Source: Gracilinanus agilis
Taxonomy: Eukaryota
NCBI RefSeq assembly: GCF_016433145.1
Contig: NC_058132.1
Coordinates: forward strand, 89,424,114 to 89,488,113
Direction of reading: 5' to 3'
Length of the DNA stretch: 64,000 bases
Part shown: positions 25,915-39,393 of the stretch, piece by piece
How positions within the stretch are numbered: position 1 is the first letter of the stretch
Layout of the letters: every line of letters begins with the position of its first letter
The notes under the pieces: model-generated
The model's database searches: none
Told to the model about the DNA's origin: nothing
What the model saw: the letters and a program-made list of their open reading frames with translations, nothing else
Position numbers and translations under genes: made by a program

Positions 25915-26178
25915 TTAATAATAATTTATATTTATATTTATATCATGCTTTTCTCTGCACCAGCTCTAGTGCTAAGTGCTTTATAATCATTATTTCATTT
26001 GATCCTCACAACATCCCTGGGAAGCAAGTGCTATTATTATCTCCTTTTTACAGATGAGAGAACAGAGACAAATAGAGATGAAATGACTTGCCTCAGATCA
26101 CAGCGCTGGTGTCTGAGATAAGATTTGGACTTAGATCTTTCCAACTCCAGATAAGTGCTTATATGCACTGTGCCACCA
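25915..26178 (-). mobile_element. CORE-SINE (MAR1/MIR-like)
   Basis: TTTGATCCTCACAACATCCCTGGGAAG...TTTTTACAGATGAGAGAAC...TGACTTGCC...CACTGTGCCACC. Confidence 0.75.
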
Positions 26179-26783
26179 ACTGATTAGTATGAAAAATGAT
26201 TACAAATGTAGTACAAATATACCTCAAAAGATGGAGGTAGAAATCCAAAGGGGGGAATACTTTTTTACATAAGAAATAAAAGATTATAAAGAAGAAATTA
26301 AGTAAGAGGTTAAAAAGAAATTAAAGGTGATCTTTAAAATGTAGATGGAGGGGCTAAAAGGAGAAATTAGAAAGAAGGGAAAAGTACTTGGCTCCAAGGG
26401 ATATTTTTAAATTGCCTCATAGACAAACTGGAAAATCATAGAACAAATTGTATTCATAAATGTTATGTAATATTATTAACCATAAGAAAAGACAAAAGAT
26501 ATAATTTTTAAAAATGACTTTTTATTGTTAAATTTTAAAAATGTGAAAAAGGAGAAAAATAAGTTAAGAAAGTAATATTTATATCATTAGAAAATATAGA
26601 AAATCTATTATAAATAAAGACTGGCTCAGGAATTTTAAGGGATTATATCCCCAAGGGGAGTTTGTCATGGGCATTTATTCAGAGACCTGCCAACAGGAAT
26701 GACTAAGGACTGAAAACTTTGGTTCCAAAAAGGATGGAGAACAAGAAGAATTTTGGAGTGACTTTTAAAGAAGGCATTTTACA

Positions 26784-26957
26784 GGGGGCAGCTATGGGGC
26801 TCAGAACACTGAGAGTCAGGAATAGAGATGGGAGATACTGGGTTCAAATGTGGTCTTGGATACTTCCTAGCTCTGTGATTTAACCCCCATTGCAAACCTT
26901 ACCATTCTTAAGCAACATAAAGTATTTATTCTAAGATGGAGATAAGGTATTTAAAAA
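26784..26957 (+). mobile_element. Diverged SINE1-type element
   Basis: GGGGCAGCTATGGGGCTCAG...GGGTTCAAATGTGG...AACCCCCATTGC...AAGGTATTTAAAAAA. Confidence 0.75.
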
Positions 26958-27687
26958 AGGGGGGACACTATATTGCTTCATCTACTTGTAATTAACAACA
27001 AATATATATGGACAATCAACTTTCTTTTTCCAACCAGAGGACACGGTGAAGGACTAAAGGAACATTTATTGGTTCTATAGGTTATTATCTAAGTAAAAAA
27101 ATCATTTTCAATTCAATTTTTTAAAAAATAAAACATTTATTAAGCACCTTGAAAAAATAAAAAGAATGGGGTAAAATTCCTAAGCCAAAGTTCTGACTTT
27201 TATTTGTGAGCACAAACAGATCAGAGTTCAACACGTCAGCAAAGTATAATATACAACCTCTTCTTGAAGATTTTCAGGTCTTATAAGTCTTTTGACAATT
27301 GCTTAACAGAAGGTATTAATAAGAAAAATATGTTGCACATGTTCTTAAAGAACTCATTTTTGAGGTGTCCCAGTCATGCTGTCTTTACGTCCCAAATTTT
27401 GGAGTGTGTGGCAAGGGAAATGTCACAAACATTTTCAAGCATTACAGAAATTCTTAAATTTGTTACTACTAAATTCTAACACAAAACCTTATCAATCTTT
27501 ATATACCCTCCTCTTTATATATTATTATGATTAATATTTTATATAGAGTTAATTTTAAAAACTGGGTCTAACTATAAATTATAGTCTCATTTTACTAACT
27601 AAAGGATTATATATTAATCTCTAACAATTAATGGTTAAATAATTAAAGGCAATTTCCTTTTCATTGTTTATATAAATACTACTATTT

Positions 27688-27831
27688 CACATTTAACTGG
27701 CTATGGTATAGTGTAAACATAACTTTTATATGTACTGGGAACAAAAAAAATCATGTGACTCGCTTTATTGCAATATTTGCTCTATTGTGATAGTCTAGAA
27801 CTGAAAATACAATATATCCAAGGTATATCTG
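27688..27831 (+). mobile_element. Tigger1-like (Tc1/mariner) DNA transposon 3' end
   Basis: TATAGTGTAAACATAACTTTTATATGTACTGGGAAC...GTGACTCGCTTTATTGC...AGGTATATCTG followed by TA, matching the Tigger1 right end as recalled. Confidence 0.75.
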
Positions 27832-28524
27832 TATTCATTACTACTGTTTATAAATGAAAAGGCTGCAAAAGAAACACACAGATTCAGGGATTTTAAAAAT
27901 GAATGGCTTCTTAGTATTCTGTGAAGAATATATAATAAAGGACATTTTAAAGATCTATAGCATTTTATTCCTATGTACAGGTGGGCTTTATGATAGAAAA
28001 TGGAATAAAAAGGAGAAATCTGCCCATAGATATCAACTAAGCCAGATACTGTTGAGTTTAGAAGATTCAACATAAGAGGACCGAATAAAAGAATGTATGC
28101 AAATGTATTGTTATTATGATATAAGTCCTTTGTTAAAGGATGGGAATAGCAATAGAAAGAAAAATAAAAGCAAGAAAGTCCTTATGTTCAAGGTGCCCCC
28201 TTCATTCTAATAGAGGAAACAACTCATAGCGGAATGTAGTTTTACTCAAAAGACTATTCAAAAGTGAAATGGGCTCTCTGAGAAGTAAGAGAATTTTCTT
28301 AATCACTGCATATCTTCAAGAAGAAATTGAATAGCCTCTGAAATCCCTTCTAACTCTAAAATTCTGTAATCTTGAGTATTGTGAAATTGTGTTTCTGTTT
28401 CTGTATTCTTATTAAATTTAAAAACAGATTTTTTTGCAGCCTAGTAAAATTCCATATGCAGCTATAAGGTTGATTTTGTATTGTGAAAAAGCTAAGAATA
28501 AAATTGGGGTTTGAAAATGTGGGG

Positions 28525-28690
28525 CAGGACAGCTACATGGCTTAGTAGATAGAGGTTCAGGTCTGGATGCAGGAGGTTCTGGGTCCAAACCTGGCCTCAG
28601 ATATTTCCTAGCTGTGTGACACCGGGCAAGTCCCCATTACCTAGCTTTTAACTGCTCTTCTGCCTTGGAAATGATACTTAGTTAATTCTT
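28525..28690 (+). mobile_element. Diverged SINE1-type element
   Basis: GACAGCTACATGGCTTAGTAGATAG...CTGGCCTCAGATATTTCCTAGCTGTGTGAC. Confidence 0.7.
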
Positions 28691-30401
28691 TTTTTTTTAA
28701 GTATCAATTCTAACAATGGAGATTATTTTAAAAGAAAATTTGGGACAAATGATAAGAGGAAAAGTGAGACTCCCAGGGATGACTTTAGAGAAAATTAGCT
28801 GGACTTTACCTAGCCCTACCTTGGTCTAGTCCTAGTGTGATTTTCATAATTTTCATTGAACTAGGGAGCAGCTGATTGTTTCCACTTCTTTTTTCTTGGA
28901 AGCCTCTTAATGTTGACTTGTTATCCCTCAGTATCCTGATGCGACATAGTTGCTTAAAACTAGTTTCTTAAATGTAACATTTACTCTACTAGTCTATCAG
29001 CAAAACCAAACTCAAGGGAGTGCCATGGAGCCTAAGTGATCATCTTCAGTGGAAAGGCTACTCTTTGAAGTGTCCTTTACTGTACAAACTTCATATTATA
29101 ATCCCTTAACATGTAACTGTTAAAGAAAAGTTTCCAAGTCTACATTCTAGTATTTTGGGATGCAGTGAACCAGACCTTTCTTTTCTTCTCTTCCCTCAGT
29201 AAAGCATTATTTTCTAATATTAACACTCCATGTGAATTGTCTGTTCTCCTAAGGACACAAAATGTATGCAGACTCCTGGAAGGCAGCAGTACACAAAGCC
29301 TTACTGAGGAACGAAAAATGGTCACTTGCACAGGGCTTCTGCCTCTGAAAGTTTTGCTCAGTTGAATTTAACCTGGTCCCTTTTCTAACCCTGGTGTCCT
29401 TCGTTGCCTTTACTCTACATAAAATTCAGCAGTTCTTTCTCCCTTGACTTCATTTTTGGCTTCTTCCATTATTATTTGCAATGGTACCATCAAACACATT
29501 CCAGTATTCCTTTCCCAGTTGTTGGGAGTTGACAGTCTTACACTGAGTGGCTTCTCTTTTACCCCTTTTCTATTGTCGATGCTATAAAAAAATAGCAAAT
29601 TTCAGAACCTGACTTCTCAAAAATGGAACGACCTCAGAGGCTATCCTATCCAGATCATATCTGAATAATAAACCTAACAGATCACTATCCAGCCAAGCCT
29701 GAAGAACTATTGTTCTAGCATTTAGTAAATGCATATTGGATGAATGGATGAATAGATGAATGAATGAAGACTGTGATTGGTAATAAGCTTGAGTGACTCA
29801 AAATATTTTAGAAAGTGAACTTAATTTGCCTGTCAAATGGACATACTAATTCCTGAAATACCTCATTATCTCAAAGGGTCATCATGACAAATATATGAGG
29901 TCATAGTTGTAAAAGCAATTTGAAAAAGTTAAGTGCTTACTCATTAGAAATAGCATTTGACATAAATAAATTGGAAGAGAAAAAGGCATTGAATGGGATA
30001 GATAAGAACTCTAGAAAAAAAAAACTTAAAAAGAGGAGAACCCACAGCCAGGGTTTGCCAGTTGCAGATGAGAGAACAAACCACAAAATACAAGGTTAGG
30101 AACCAGGGACATTCTCTGGAACAGACAGTTAAAAGATAGTTTCCTTATTCTGAAGGACAAAAGCAAATTATTCTGTATAGAATGACTGAATATTAAGTTT
30201 ACTTCTCTACCTCTTTAAATTTTATTGGTAAATCCTGGATGTTCATTTCAAATGGTGACACTCAAGAATTTCCAAATAAAATCCTGCCGTTCCTAACTTG
30301 TGCCCTTAATCCTCCCAACTCCCCACTTCTCCCTGTCTAGTCTATCTCCTGGTTGATTAAATGTCTGGAGGTCCACAGCCCTGGAATTGAGGTAAGGACT
30401 C

Positions 30402-30670
30402 ACTCACCAGGCCTTGAAGCAAAGGTTTTCCTATGTCTTTCTTGGCTGCAGTATGCACCCCAGCCTAAAAAGCTTCCAGGAGAAAGGCTTTATTCTAAAG
30501 TCACATACATCTGGGGATAGCCTCCTTGTGTGCCCGCCATAAACATGGTACATAAGGAGAGTCCCTGGGGTCCAGAGAAAACTTTGCTCTCTAGGTTAAT
30601 CCCTTAATTAACAAGGCAGATTGAAAGTCACCAGTGACCCATTGGAAAGATTTGGGACTAAGGGATTCCA
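30402..30670 (-). promoter_or_regulatory. Putative promoter and non-coding exon 1 of OR-B
   Basis: Donor CTG|GTGAGT (GT 30407-30406); TATA-like AATAAA 30494-30489; O/E site TCCCTGGGG 30562-30570; CTCTAGGTTAATC 30589-30601; TAATTA 30605; CCATTGGA 30639. Confidence 0.72.
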
Positions 30671-31589
30671 AATTGTGAATGAGAGGGGTGATTATTGACA
30701 TTGTTGAGCTTTGATAAGTCCTATGTCTTCACTGCAGTTCTTTAAAGATGGGAGGAATGTCCTAATACACAGCACAGAATTATGCATCTATACTGGTTGA
30801 GTAATGATGTGTTAATGGACAAAACTATAGTGGTAGAGAAAAGAGCAGATTCTTTTGGGTTTCAAATTATTGATATATAGGAGTAAAATGTGAAAGGCTA
30901 ATGAATATCATGGTTAATAGAAGAACCTGAATATAAGAATACTATAAAGTTCAAAGTTGACTTAATGGGTGCAATGCATCAATTATTATCCACGAAGAAA
31001 TGAAAACATAGTAAGATGAACATCATTTTTATTTCTAAATGAAATTATAGTATCTGATCATAATCATTTGTATTATTTGCATATTGTATATATGCACAGA
31101 CAAAGCAAAGAATTAAATATATTTCCTTATAATCACATTTAGGAATATCTTGTGCATTTTTTCTTCATTTGCTGCAGTTTTGTAAATGAAATATACATTT
31201 GTAGATTTGTATATGTAAATTGTGGAAACTACATGCAAAGATAAAATTTTATTTTACTCTAAAATAGTTTCTTGTACATTTGTGGAATTATATTGGTAGT
31301 CCAAAGGGAAAAAACTAATGTGGGAAATAAAAATGATGCAATAGTATTTCTTCTCATTTACAATAAAAGTAGAAAATATTTAAAGTTTTGTGTCATTAGA
31401 TGCATTTGTTCTTTATAAGTAGGAACACACATTTTATTTATTTCCTTTTTTATTTGAAAAGTCTTTGGAATGCTAAAGAACTTTTATGTCAAAAATAAAG
31501 AAAAAGGTGATTAACGTGAAGCATAAATGCTTAGTCTTTTTTTGAGTTTAAAGTGTTTAGAAACAACTTTCTGCAAAGTTCCCAAATAT

Positions 31590-32760
31590 TTCTTAATTGT
31601 CCATCTTTTCTCAGTCTTCATCATTCTTTACTTCTCTGTAGTTTTGAATAGTGTCAATTACCCTCTTCGCCTTGATCCTCTTTATTCTCTTTTTTAAAAC
31701 CCTTAACTTCTGTGTATTGGCTCCTTGATGGAAGAGTGGTAAGGGTGGGCAATGGGGGTCAAGTGACTTGCCCAGGGTCACACAGCTGGGAAGTGTCTGA
31801 GGTCAGATTTGAACCTAGGACCTCCCATCTCTAGGCCTGACTCTCAATCCACTGAGCTACCCAGCTGCCCCCTCTTTAGCTTTTACAAAAGTATTTTTTC
31901 CTGGTTCTCCTCTTACCTCTTATTCTTTGTCAGTTTATTGGATATCTTGAATTTGATGATCTTTAGATATCTTAAACATAGCTTTTTCAAAATTGAACTT
32001 ATCTTCTCCCCATCTTTAATTTTTTCCTAATTTCCTTGTTACTATTGAGGGGTACATCTGGGCCTTAGTCACTTAGATTTGCAATGGTACTATTCCCAAA
32101 TTTTGTCTTTTCTATTTCCCCCTATATCCAATGTGTTTAGAGGCCTATTGATTTTTCTTTTGTAACACATCCCTCTCATATATGTCCCCTTTACTATCCT
32201 GACATTGTCACCACAATTATACAGTCCCTCATCACCTTGCACTAGGACTATTGCAGTGATCTGCTGATTAATTTGACTTCTCTAAGTCTTTCTCTACTCT
32301 CTACTCTCTCTATCCACTCAGCTTTCAAAGTGACCTTCCTAAAAATCAAGTCTTAACTTGTCATTCCTCTACTCAGTAAGTACCAATGGCTCACAATCAA
32401 TCAATCACTTCCAAAATCAAATACAAAATCTTCTATTGGGTATTCAAAGCCAATCAAAACCTGCTTCCTCCCTCTGCCTTACATCAGTATTATTACACCT
32501 TCTATTCCTAACTCCTGGCATTTTTTCTGATTGTCATCCATATATAGAAGTTTCTTCCTCTTCATCTTTACCTCCGTTATTCCTTTGATTCCTTCCAGTT
32601 AGTCTAAATTAAAATTCCACTTTCTAAAGAAAGTCTTTCCTGGTTACCTTTAATTCTAATATCTTCTCTATGTTGATAATCTCCATTTTTCCTGTATGTC
32701 ATTTGTATACAGTTGTTTACAAGTCTCCCCAATAGATTATGAGCTCCTTGAGAGTAGTGA
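31590..32760 (+). mobile_element. LINE-2 fragment interrupted by a SINE
   Basis: Pyrimidine-rich L2 sequence including CTCATCACCTTGCACTAGGACTATTGCAG (the LDYC motif region) and an L2-type 3' part. Confidence 0.65.
31690..31871 (-). mobile_element. Young SINE1-type element
   Basis: Near-identical to 1626-1810 and 19530-19717; possible short TSD CCTCTTTA. Confidence 0.92.
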
Positions 32761-33591
32761 AACGTATTTTTAGATTAGAATAATCAGAATGGAGAAGTAA
32801 CTAGAAATATTGATCAGTGAGGATCACTTGAAAGAATTGGAGTTTTTTAGCCTTAAAAAAGAAAATATTTTAGCATGGGAATTCAATAATTTTCTTCAAA
32901 AATTTTAAATCTGCCTTTTAGAAGAGTAATTTGCCTTGTTTTTATTGTGGTATACCAGATAGACCATTAGGCATAGAGTTAGAAAGATCTGAGTTTGAAT
33001 CCTGCCTCAAATAGTTTCTAGTTATTTGAATCTGGTCAAACTTAATATCCCTGGGCCTTAGTTACCCCATCTGTGAAATAAAGCAGTAGGAATGTATGAC
33101 TGCTAAGTTTCCTTTCAATGTTATATTTAGGTTTGAATGATACCATGATCCTAAGGGCAGTGCTAAGAGTCAGAGGTAGAAGCTGCAGAAAGCAATACTG
33201 CTGCAACTCAAGGTGAAAAAATTACTTTAACTCCCCAAAATTATAGCAATCTATGTAAAATGAATTGGAGAGGAAGTGGGGTCTTCCTCTCTGAGAATCT
33301 TCAAGTGGAGGTCAAATGACTACTTGACAGTAATATTTTTCACAGGATTCCTGTTCATTTTTGATTTGGGCCAGACAGCCTCTGAGACATCTTCTAACTC
33401 TGAGGTTCTGTGATTCAATGGTTTGGACTTTGTGGACCAGTCCAATAGAGAAATTTTCTATTTTCAGAACTACACGCCAAGAGTCATCTCTATTTAATTT
33501 CATAGAAAGGCTTTTTATCTGCACAGAAATAGTTCCCCTGACTATACACTGGCATATAATGATTCCACTAAGTTTTCCTATTCCCTAAACC

Positions 33592-33795
33592 CAGTGATGG
33601 GCAAACTTTTTAAAGAGGGGGCCAAAGGAAAGGAAATGCTCCTCTGTCAGTATGTATCTAAAGCAAATCTTTCAAAGTTTCTTTGTATTGTATCCCACTC
33701 ATTGTATTCGTCAGATTAGGAATCATGTCACTGAGCTGGATAGAACATATCAGGGGGCTGCATTTGGCCTGCAGGCCACAGCTTGCCCATCACTG
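33592..33795 (+). mobile_element. Non-autonomous hAT MITE, 204 bp
   Basis: TIR CAGTGATGGGCAA ... TTGCCCATCACTG; TSD CCCTAAAC at 33583-33590 (one extra C before the element) and 33796-33803. Confidence 0.85.
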
Positions 33796-34486
33796 CCCTA
33801 AACTGATATCCTTTATTACCTGAATATACCTTTCCCACTCACTTGATACCTACTTCTTTTTTCCTGCTTTCTCCTCCACACTTTTCTTCCTGAGTTTCTT
33901 ATCTTTTCAGAAACTCCTAGCTTCTTCTCTAAAGGAAGACTACAACAGTTTCAACCTTTCATTGATTGGTGTCATGGCTTCATTTTTCAGTAGGCTCTCT
34001 AATATGCCTTTATAGGGTACCTGACCCATTTTTCACAACTTTTAGTAACATGATAATCTATTGCTTCTTTTCATATGGAAAGCTAGGAGGTATAGTGAAT
34101 AGAGTGGTAACCCTGGGGTCAGGGAGACATGAGGTCAGATTAAATATGTTAGTTGTGTGACCTGGGGCAAGTCACCTAATGTCTGTTTGATTTAGTTTCA
34201 TTAACTATAAAATTGGAATAATATCAGCACCTACCCCACAGAGTTGTGAGGATCAAATAAGATATTATTAGTAAAGCACTTAACAATATCATTCCAAAGG
34301 CTACCAGTATCTTTCCTGCAAGAGATAATTCTACCAGATATCAGGGTGTTTGATTTGGAGATTCAGTAAAAAACTTTGATTTATAAAGTTAGATTTAATT
34401 CATGGAGTGTTCACCTGGCCGAGTCAATGTGATCTTAGGTCATATAGAGTTGTATCACTGGAAGACTTTAAAAAGAAGTATCAGGG

Positions 34487-34669
34487 AGGCAGCTTGGTGG
34501 CAGCTGTATGGCTTGATAGATTGAGAGCCAAGCCTAGAGACAAGAGGTCCTAGGTTCAAATCTGGCCTCAGACACTTCCTAGCTGTCATGTAACCCTGGG
34601 CAAGTCACAAAACCAGTTTTCTGTCTTACACAGCATTGATTCTAAGTCGAAAGGTAAGGTTTAAAAAAA
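34487..34669 (+). mobile_element. SINE1-type element just 3' of OR-C
   Basis: GGTCCTAGGTTCAAATCTGGCC core and A-tail; TSD AAGTATCAGG at 34476-34485 and 34670-34679. Confidence 0.85.
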
Positions 34670-34791
34670 AAGTATCAGGAGGGAGATGAATGGAGTTACT
34701 ATTTTCAAGAAGAAGCATCTCCTAGTATAACCACAATGCTGAACTTGAAAATATTCTCTAAAAGTATAAAATGATGGCATTCCATTCTGAT

Positions 34792-35712
34792 CTAGTTCTT
34801 GAGTAACATCTTTAACACCTTTTCTCTGATCTGCTTGGTCCTAACTCCATAGATGACAGGGTTAAGCATAGGTGGGACAATGACATACAAGTTGGCCAGA
34901 AGGATATGGATGTAACGAGGGACATTCCGGCCAAAGCGGTGGGTCATGAAAGAGAATAAGGCTGGAGTATAAAAGGCCAAGATGACACACACATGGGAGC
35001 CACAAGTGCTCAGGGCTTTCAGCCTGGCATCCTGAGAGGGGAGGTGAAAAACAGCTAGGAGAATCTGTATGTAGGACAGAGCTATAGCTACAATGTCCAG
35101 CATAAGAGTGCCAATAGCACACAGACCATAGATCATATTGACTTTGATGCTAGCACAAGACAATCGAGCAATGCCCATGTGTTCACAGTAGGTATGAGGA
35201 ATGACATGGTTTCCACAGAAAGGAAGTCGAAGGATCAGAAACACAAAAGGAATCACTGTGAAGAAAGACCTCACCACTACCACAATGCCCATTATGGCCA
35301 CCACTTTGTTGGTGAGGACAGTGCTATAATGCAAGGGATTACAGATGGCCACATAGCGATCATAAGCCATAGAAGATAGGACAGCTGATTCCATTACAGT
35401 GAAGATATGTATAAAGAACATCTGAATGAGACAGGTACCAAATGTGATCTCCCTCAGTTTAAACCAAAAGATGCCTAACATCTTAGGAATGGTGGCTGTA
35501 GATAGTCCTTGATCAATAGTGGCCAACATGGCCAGAAAGTAGAACATGGGCTGGTGAAGTGTCTTCTCAGTCTGGATCACAAACAATATGGTGATGTTTC
35601 CCAAGAGAGCAATAAGATACACAATGCAAAAAGGGAAGCCAATCCAAATGTGGAAATTTTCCAGTAATATGAAAAAAGGGGGGTGGAATTGAGTATCATT
35701 GGAATGAGTCAT
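34792..35712 (-). CDS. Class I olfactory receptor, OR52E-like, 306 aa with a 5-codon N-terminal deletion (OR-C)
   Basis: Open frame with all OR motifs, but [10 protein letters not shown] lacks the GIPGL present in the paralogs and TM2 reads IDQGLS instead of IDLGLS. Confidence 0.9.
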   Translation of the reverse strand: MTHSNDTQFHPPFFILLENFHIWIGFPFCIVYLIALLGNITILFVIQTEKTLHQPMFYFLAMLATIDQGLSTATIPKMLGIFWFKLREITFGTCLIQMFFIHIFTVMESAVLSSMAYDRYVAICNPLHYSTVLTNKVVAIMGIVVVVRSFFTVIPFVFLILRLPFCGNHVIPHTYCEHMGIARLSCASIKVNMIYGLCAIGTLMLDIVAIALSYIQILLAVFHLPSQDARLKALSTCGSHVCVILAFYTPALFSFMTHRFGRNVPRYIHILLANLYVIVPPMLNPVIYGVRTKQIREKVLKMLLKN

Positions 35713-35805
35713 CCTTTTGGTAGTTGCAGATGGCTATATTCATAACCAATAGATTTTCAAATACTGGAAAGCATTCAAATGTTATCCCTTCATGCTTTTG
35801 CATTC

Positions 35806-35825
35806 CTAGAGAGATATAGAACAGG
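35806..35825 (-). promoter_or_regulatory. Splice acceptor of the OR-C coding exon
   Basis: Minus strand CTGTTCTATATCTCTCTAG|GAATGC (AG 35807-35806), 93 nt upstream of the ATG, the same distance as in OR-B. Confidence 0.65.
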
Positions 35826-37433
35826 TTATTTTTAATTCCATTAGAATAAAATAATCCCATAATACAACATGGACTCAGAGATCATTGTATCATTAAACAC
35901 CTACCTGCACAGAAATCTATTCTGTGACATACTTAGCAAGTAATCATCTAGTATCCAGGTAAAAACTTGATCTGAAACTCACTGTCTCCCAAGTGGGGCC
36001 ATTTTCTTTCTGAAAACCTTTATTCTTAGGAAGTTGATATAAATTATTCAAATCTTGAATTCTACCACTTCTGCCTATTTTTGCCAATTTGGAAATTTTT
36101 CATAGCTGGGACAGGATTCTAATAGTTTGAAGACAGTTTTTATGTTGTCAATAAGACTTTTTTTTTCTCCAACATAAATATCCTGTTTCTCTAACCTACC
36201 CTGGAAAATATTTATATTCTTGTCAACATTCCCTGAAAGAGTTCCAATGTGCCCAAGTCAATACAATGACAATGTCCATTCTTACACGTGACTACTAAAA
36301 TCATCACAATATTACAAATTGTGATTCACCAGAGTCATGACTTTAAAGCTGAATAACAGTGGGGTTTTATGCATGCCATAAAACTGATTTATAGTAAACT
36401 TATAGTCTACTACAAAAAAAGGGGTTTTTCCCCCATAAGTACTTTTGTCTTCTCACATCCTTTCTTAGATGTAGTTGTAGAAATGATTCATAAGCAGTAA
36501 CATGAAACTTTACATTCATAAATATTTTATTTTATAAGATTAGATTTGGCTTATCATTTTCTCATCTTGAATTATTTTTGGAACTGGACTTTTTTTTAGT
36601 ATGCTAATTAGCCTCTCAATTCTGAATCATTACTTAATTCCTTAAACCTGCCTATAATGACTTCATCTATTTCATTGATAAAATATATTGATCAATATAT
36701 GAAGTAGGGAATTTCCCAGCAATGTTTAGAGAGCTTAATTGTCTTTAATAGTCAAAAAGAGTTATTGAGTATTCACCATGTTCAGTAGCCAATACTAGTA
36801 TGAAAATATACTTTTTGATCTGCTATGCCACAATTTCACACAGTAGGGACACTAGTTCTTCAGGAGGTGGGAGTACCTTCTCATTTGCCCATTACCCTCA
36901 TCCATCTGAATTATCAAACCATAAATATACCAGGGTAAAGGGAACATAATTAAGTGGAATAAGAGGATCCTACCCAAGGTCATACCCTATGACATTCCAA
37001 ACATACCATCCATTAACAAACACATCCTAAGGCAAGATAATGAATTCTTTGGCTCAATCCTCTTTTCCCAATAAGCCCCTTCAAAAATAAAAAAGTCAAC
37101 AAGACTTGTAAATCTTATAAACCTTAATAAAGTTATTTATCCAGCAAGTGATGAAATTCCACTCCCCAAATTTCAAACTTCCATATAGGAATGGCCAAAG
37201 TTAGTACACAAAAGCCCAGAGCAAAGAATGAAAGAAGTCATGCTTATAGTGTACAGTACTAAGACCATATCTTCAACACTGTATTCAATGCTAGACTCCA
37301 TATTTTATAAACAATATTGAAATGACATTGTTCCTGCAGAAAAAAAAGAAAATAATTTCTGATGACTTCAACCAGTCAAAAAAAGTATTACTTTAAGGAA
37401 CTTTTGATATTTGGCTTTAAGAAGATAAAATTT

Positions 37434-37609
37434 GGGGCAGCGGGGTTACTTAGTGGAAGGTCCTAGGTTCAAATATGGCCTCAGACACTTCTTAGCTGTG
37501 TGACCTTGAGCAAGTCACTTAACCCCCATTGCCTAGCCCTTACTACTCTTCTGCCTCGGAACCAATACACAGCATTGATTCTAAGGTGAAAAATAAGGGT
37601 TTTTAAAAA
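37434..37609 (+). mobile_element. SINE1-type element with a small internal deletion
   Basis: TSD AAGAAGATAAAATTT at 37419-37433 and 37610-37624. Confidence 0.9.
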
Positions 37610-39393
37610 AAGAAGATAAAATTTACATTTCTTTTTTCTCTCTCTTTTTTTTTCATCTTTCCAGATGGAGAAGATTGAGGTTTATGATGTTTTTGTGAAT
37701 TAGATTAGGAATTGATCCAACCAAAATCTGTGAGCTGGAATCCAATTCAGAATCAACCAGAAAGCCAGACAATGAAGAACAGAAAACCAGGCATCGAGGA
37801 ATAGAGATCTTCTACTGAGTTTATTATAGCAAGAACAGAGATGCACACATCAATCTGATAACCATGCTGCATTTGGAAGTTTAATTGGAAGGATGAATAT
37901 TGGTAGAAATTATATTGTCCAATCCCCAATCTGCTCTGAACCTAAGAAGATATAGGGATAGTTGTGTATACAGGTGATCAAGAAAGTTATGTTTTTGATT
38001 TTGCTAAATTTTCTTGTTAAATATCACTTTGTAAAAGCTCATATTGTTAATCAATATTAATTGCCTAAATAAAATAGGGCAATCAATCACTAGTTTGTGC
38101 AACAGACAGAATCCAGTGGAATGGTGGCTTGAGCCAGTGATATTAAGACAAACTTATCACTTAGTCTTACCCTAGAATATTCATAGAACATACAGCTGAC
38201 TTTACTCTAGAAGAGCATGTCCAGAATCTCACTACAAAGGAATATTAGAATTAAAGAACTGAAAGATAATAAATCTCAGAATTTATTTTAATTAACATAT
38301 ATAGATGAACAGGTATATATTCTAAACTATTACTTGCAAGTGATTATCTAGCTTTCCCTTTGAGACTTCCAATAATGGTAACTTCTTAACTCAGGAGTCA
38401 TCCCATCAGATATTAAAAAAAAAAAAACCAACAACTCTAATTTTTGAAAAAAAGACAGAAAACAACCATACAGAGGCACACTGAGAAATGAAGAAAACAG
38501 ATGGGGAGATGGAGGAAGAAAAAGAAGATTCAATACCCTGTTCCTTGTGAAAACAGAATAGTTTCTGGATTTGAAGATAAAATATCTGGGTTCAAATACT
38601 AGCCCACTTTTTGCTACCCATCTGATCTTCAGCAAGTTACTTTCCCTTGTTTAGGCAAAGCTTTTCCACATAGAAAATGTTAGGCTTGGACTCAAGCATT
38701 TCTTAGCTCATTTCTAGTTTATAATCCATATACAAACAATAATACTACCAGAATTCTTTATATAGCATTCCTAACTAATCATTCAGTCACAAAGACTTTT
38801 ATTGGAAAGTTTTTTTCTCATGTTGAGTTTTTTTTTAATTACCTTTCTATAGTATCTCCTTTTATGTTCCATCCTGGGTTCCCAGAGGATAAACTTGTTC
38901 ACCTGTTCCTCATTTCATTTCCCTCTAAAGTATTTGAATTAAAAACACATGCAATGTAATGATCAATTGTTTGTTCAAAAACATTTTTGGGTTCTTTTCC
39001 TTTGCTGTCTGAGGAAAAGCTTTCTTTCTTCCCAATATTGTTTACTCCTCATGCTGGACCTTCTCCTCCCCCAACTCTTCCATCCTTTCACTCCAGGCAT
39101 CATTCCCCTACCTATATTTATAGAAGCAACCTTCTTTGCACACATGGTGGAGATGTGGGGCTAAGCATACAAATCATTGAATATACTCTCATAATCAGTG
39201 TGTTGATTAGTTTTGCTAAATTCTTTTCTCTTTCCCTTCTTTTTTTTTTACTCTTTGTTAAGTGGGTCATTCACTGGATAGAGGGAGAGCAAGGGAATAT
39301 TTAGACATAAAAATAATGTAAAGTCAGAAATTTTTAAAGAAAAAAAAGATAAATGCCAAAATTAGAAAAAATAGAGCCAAAGCCTATTGTTTC

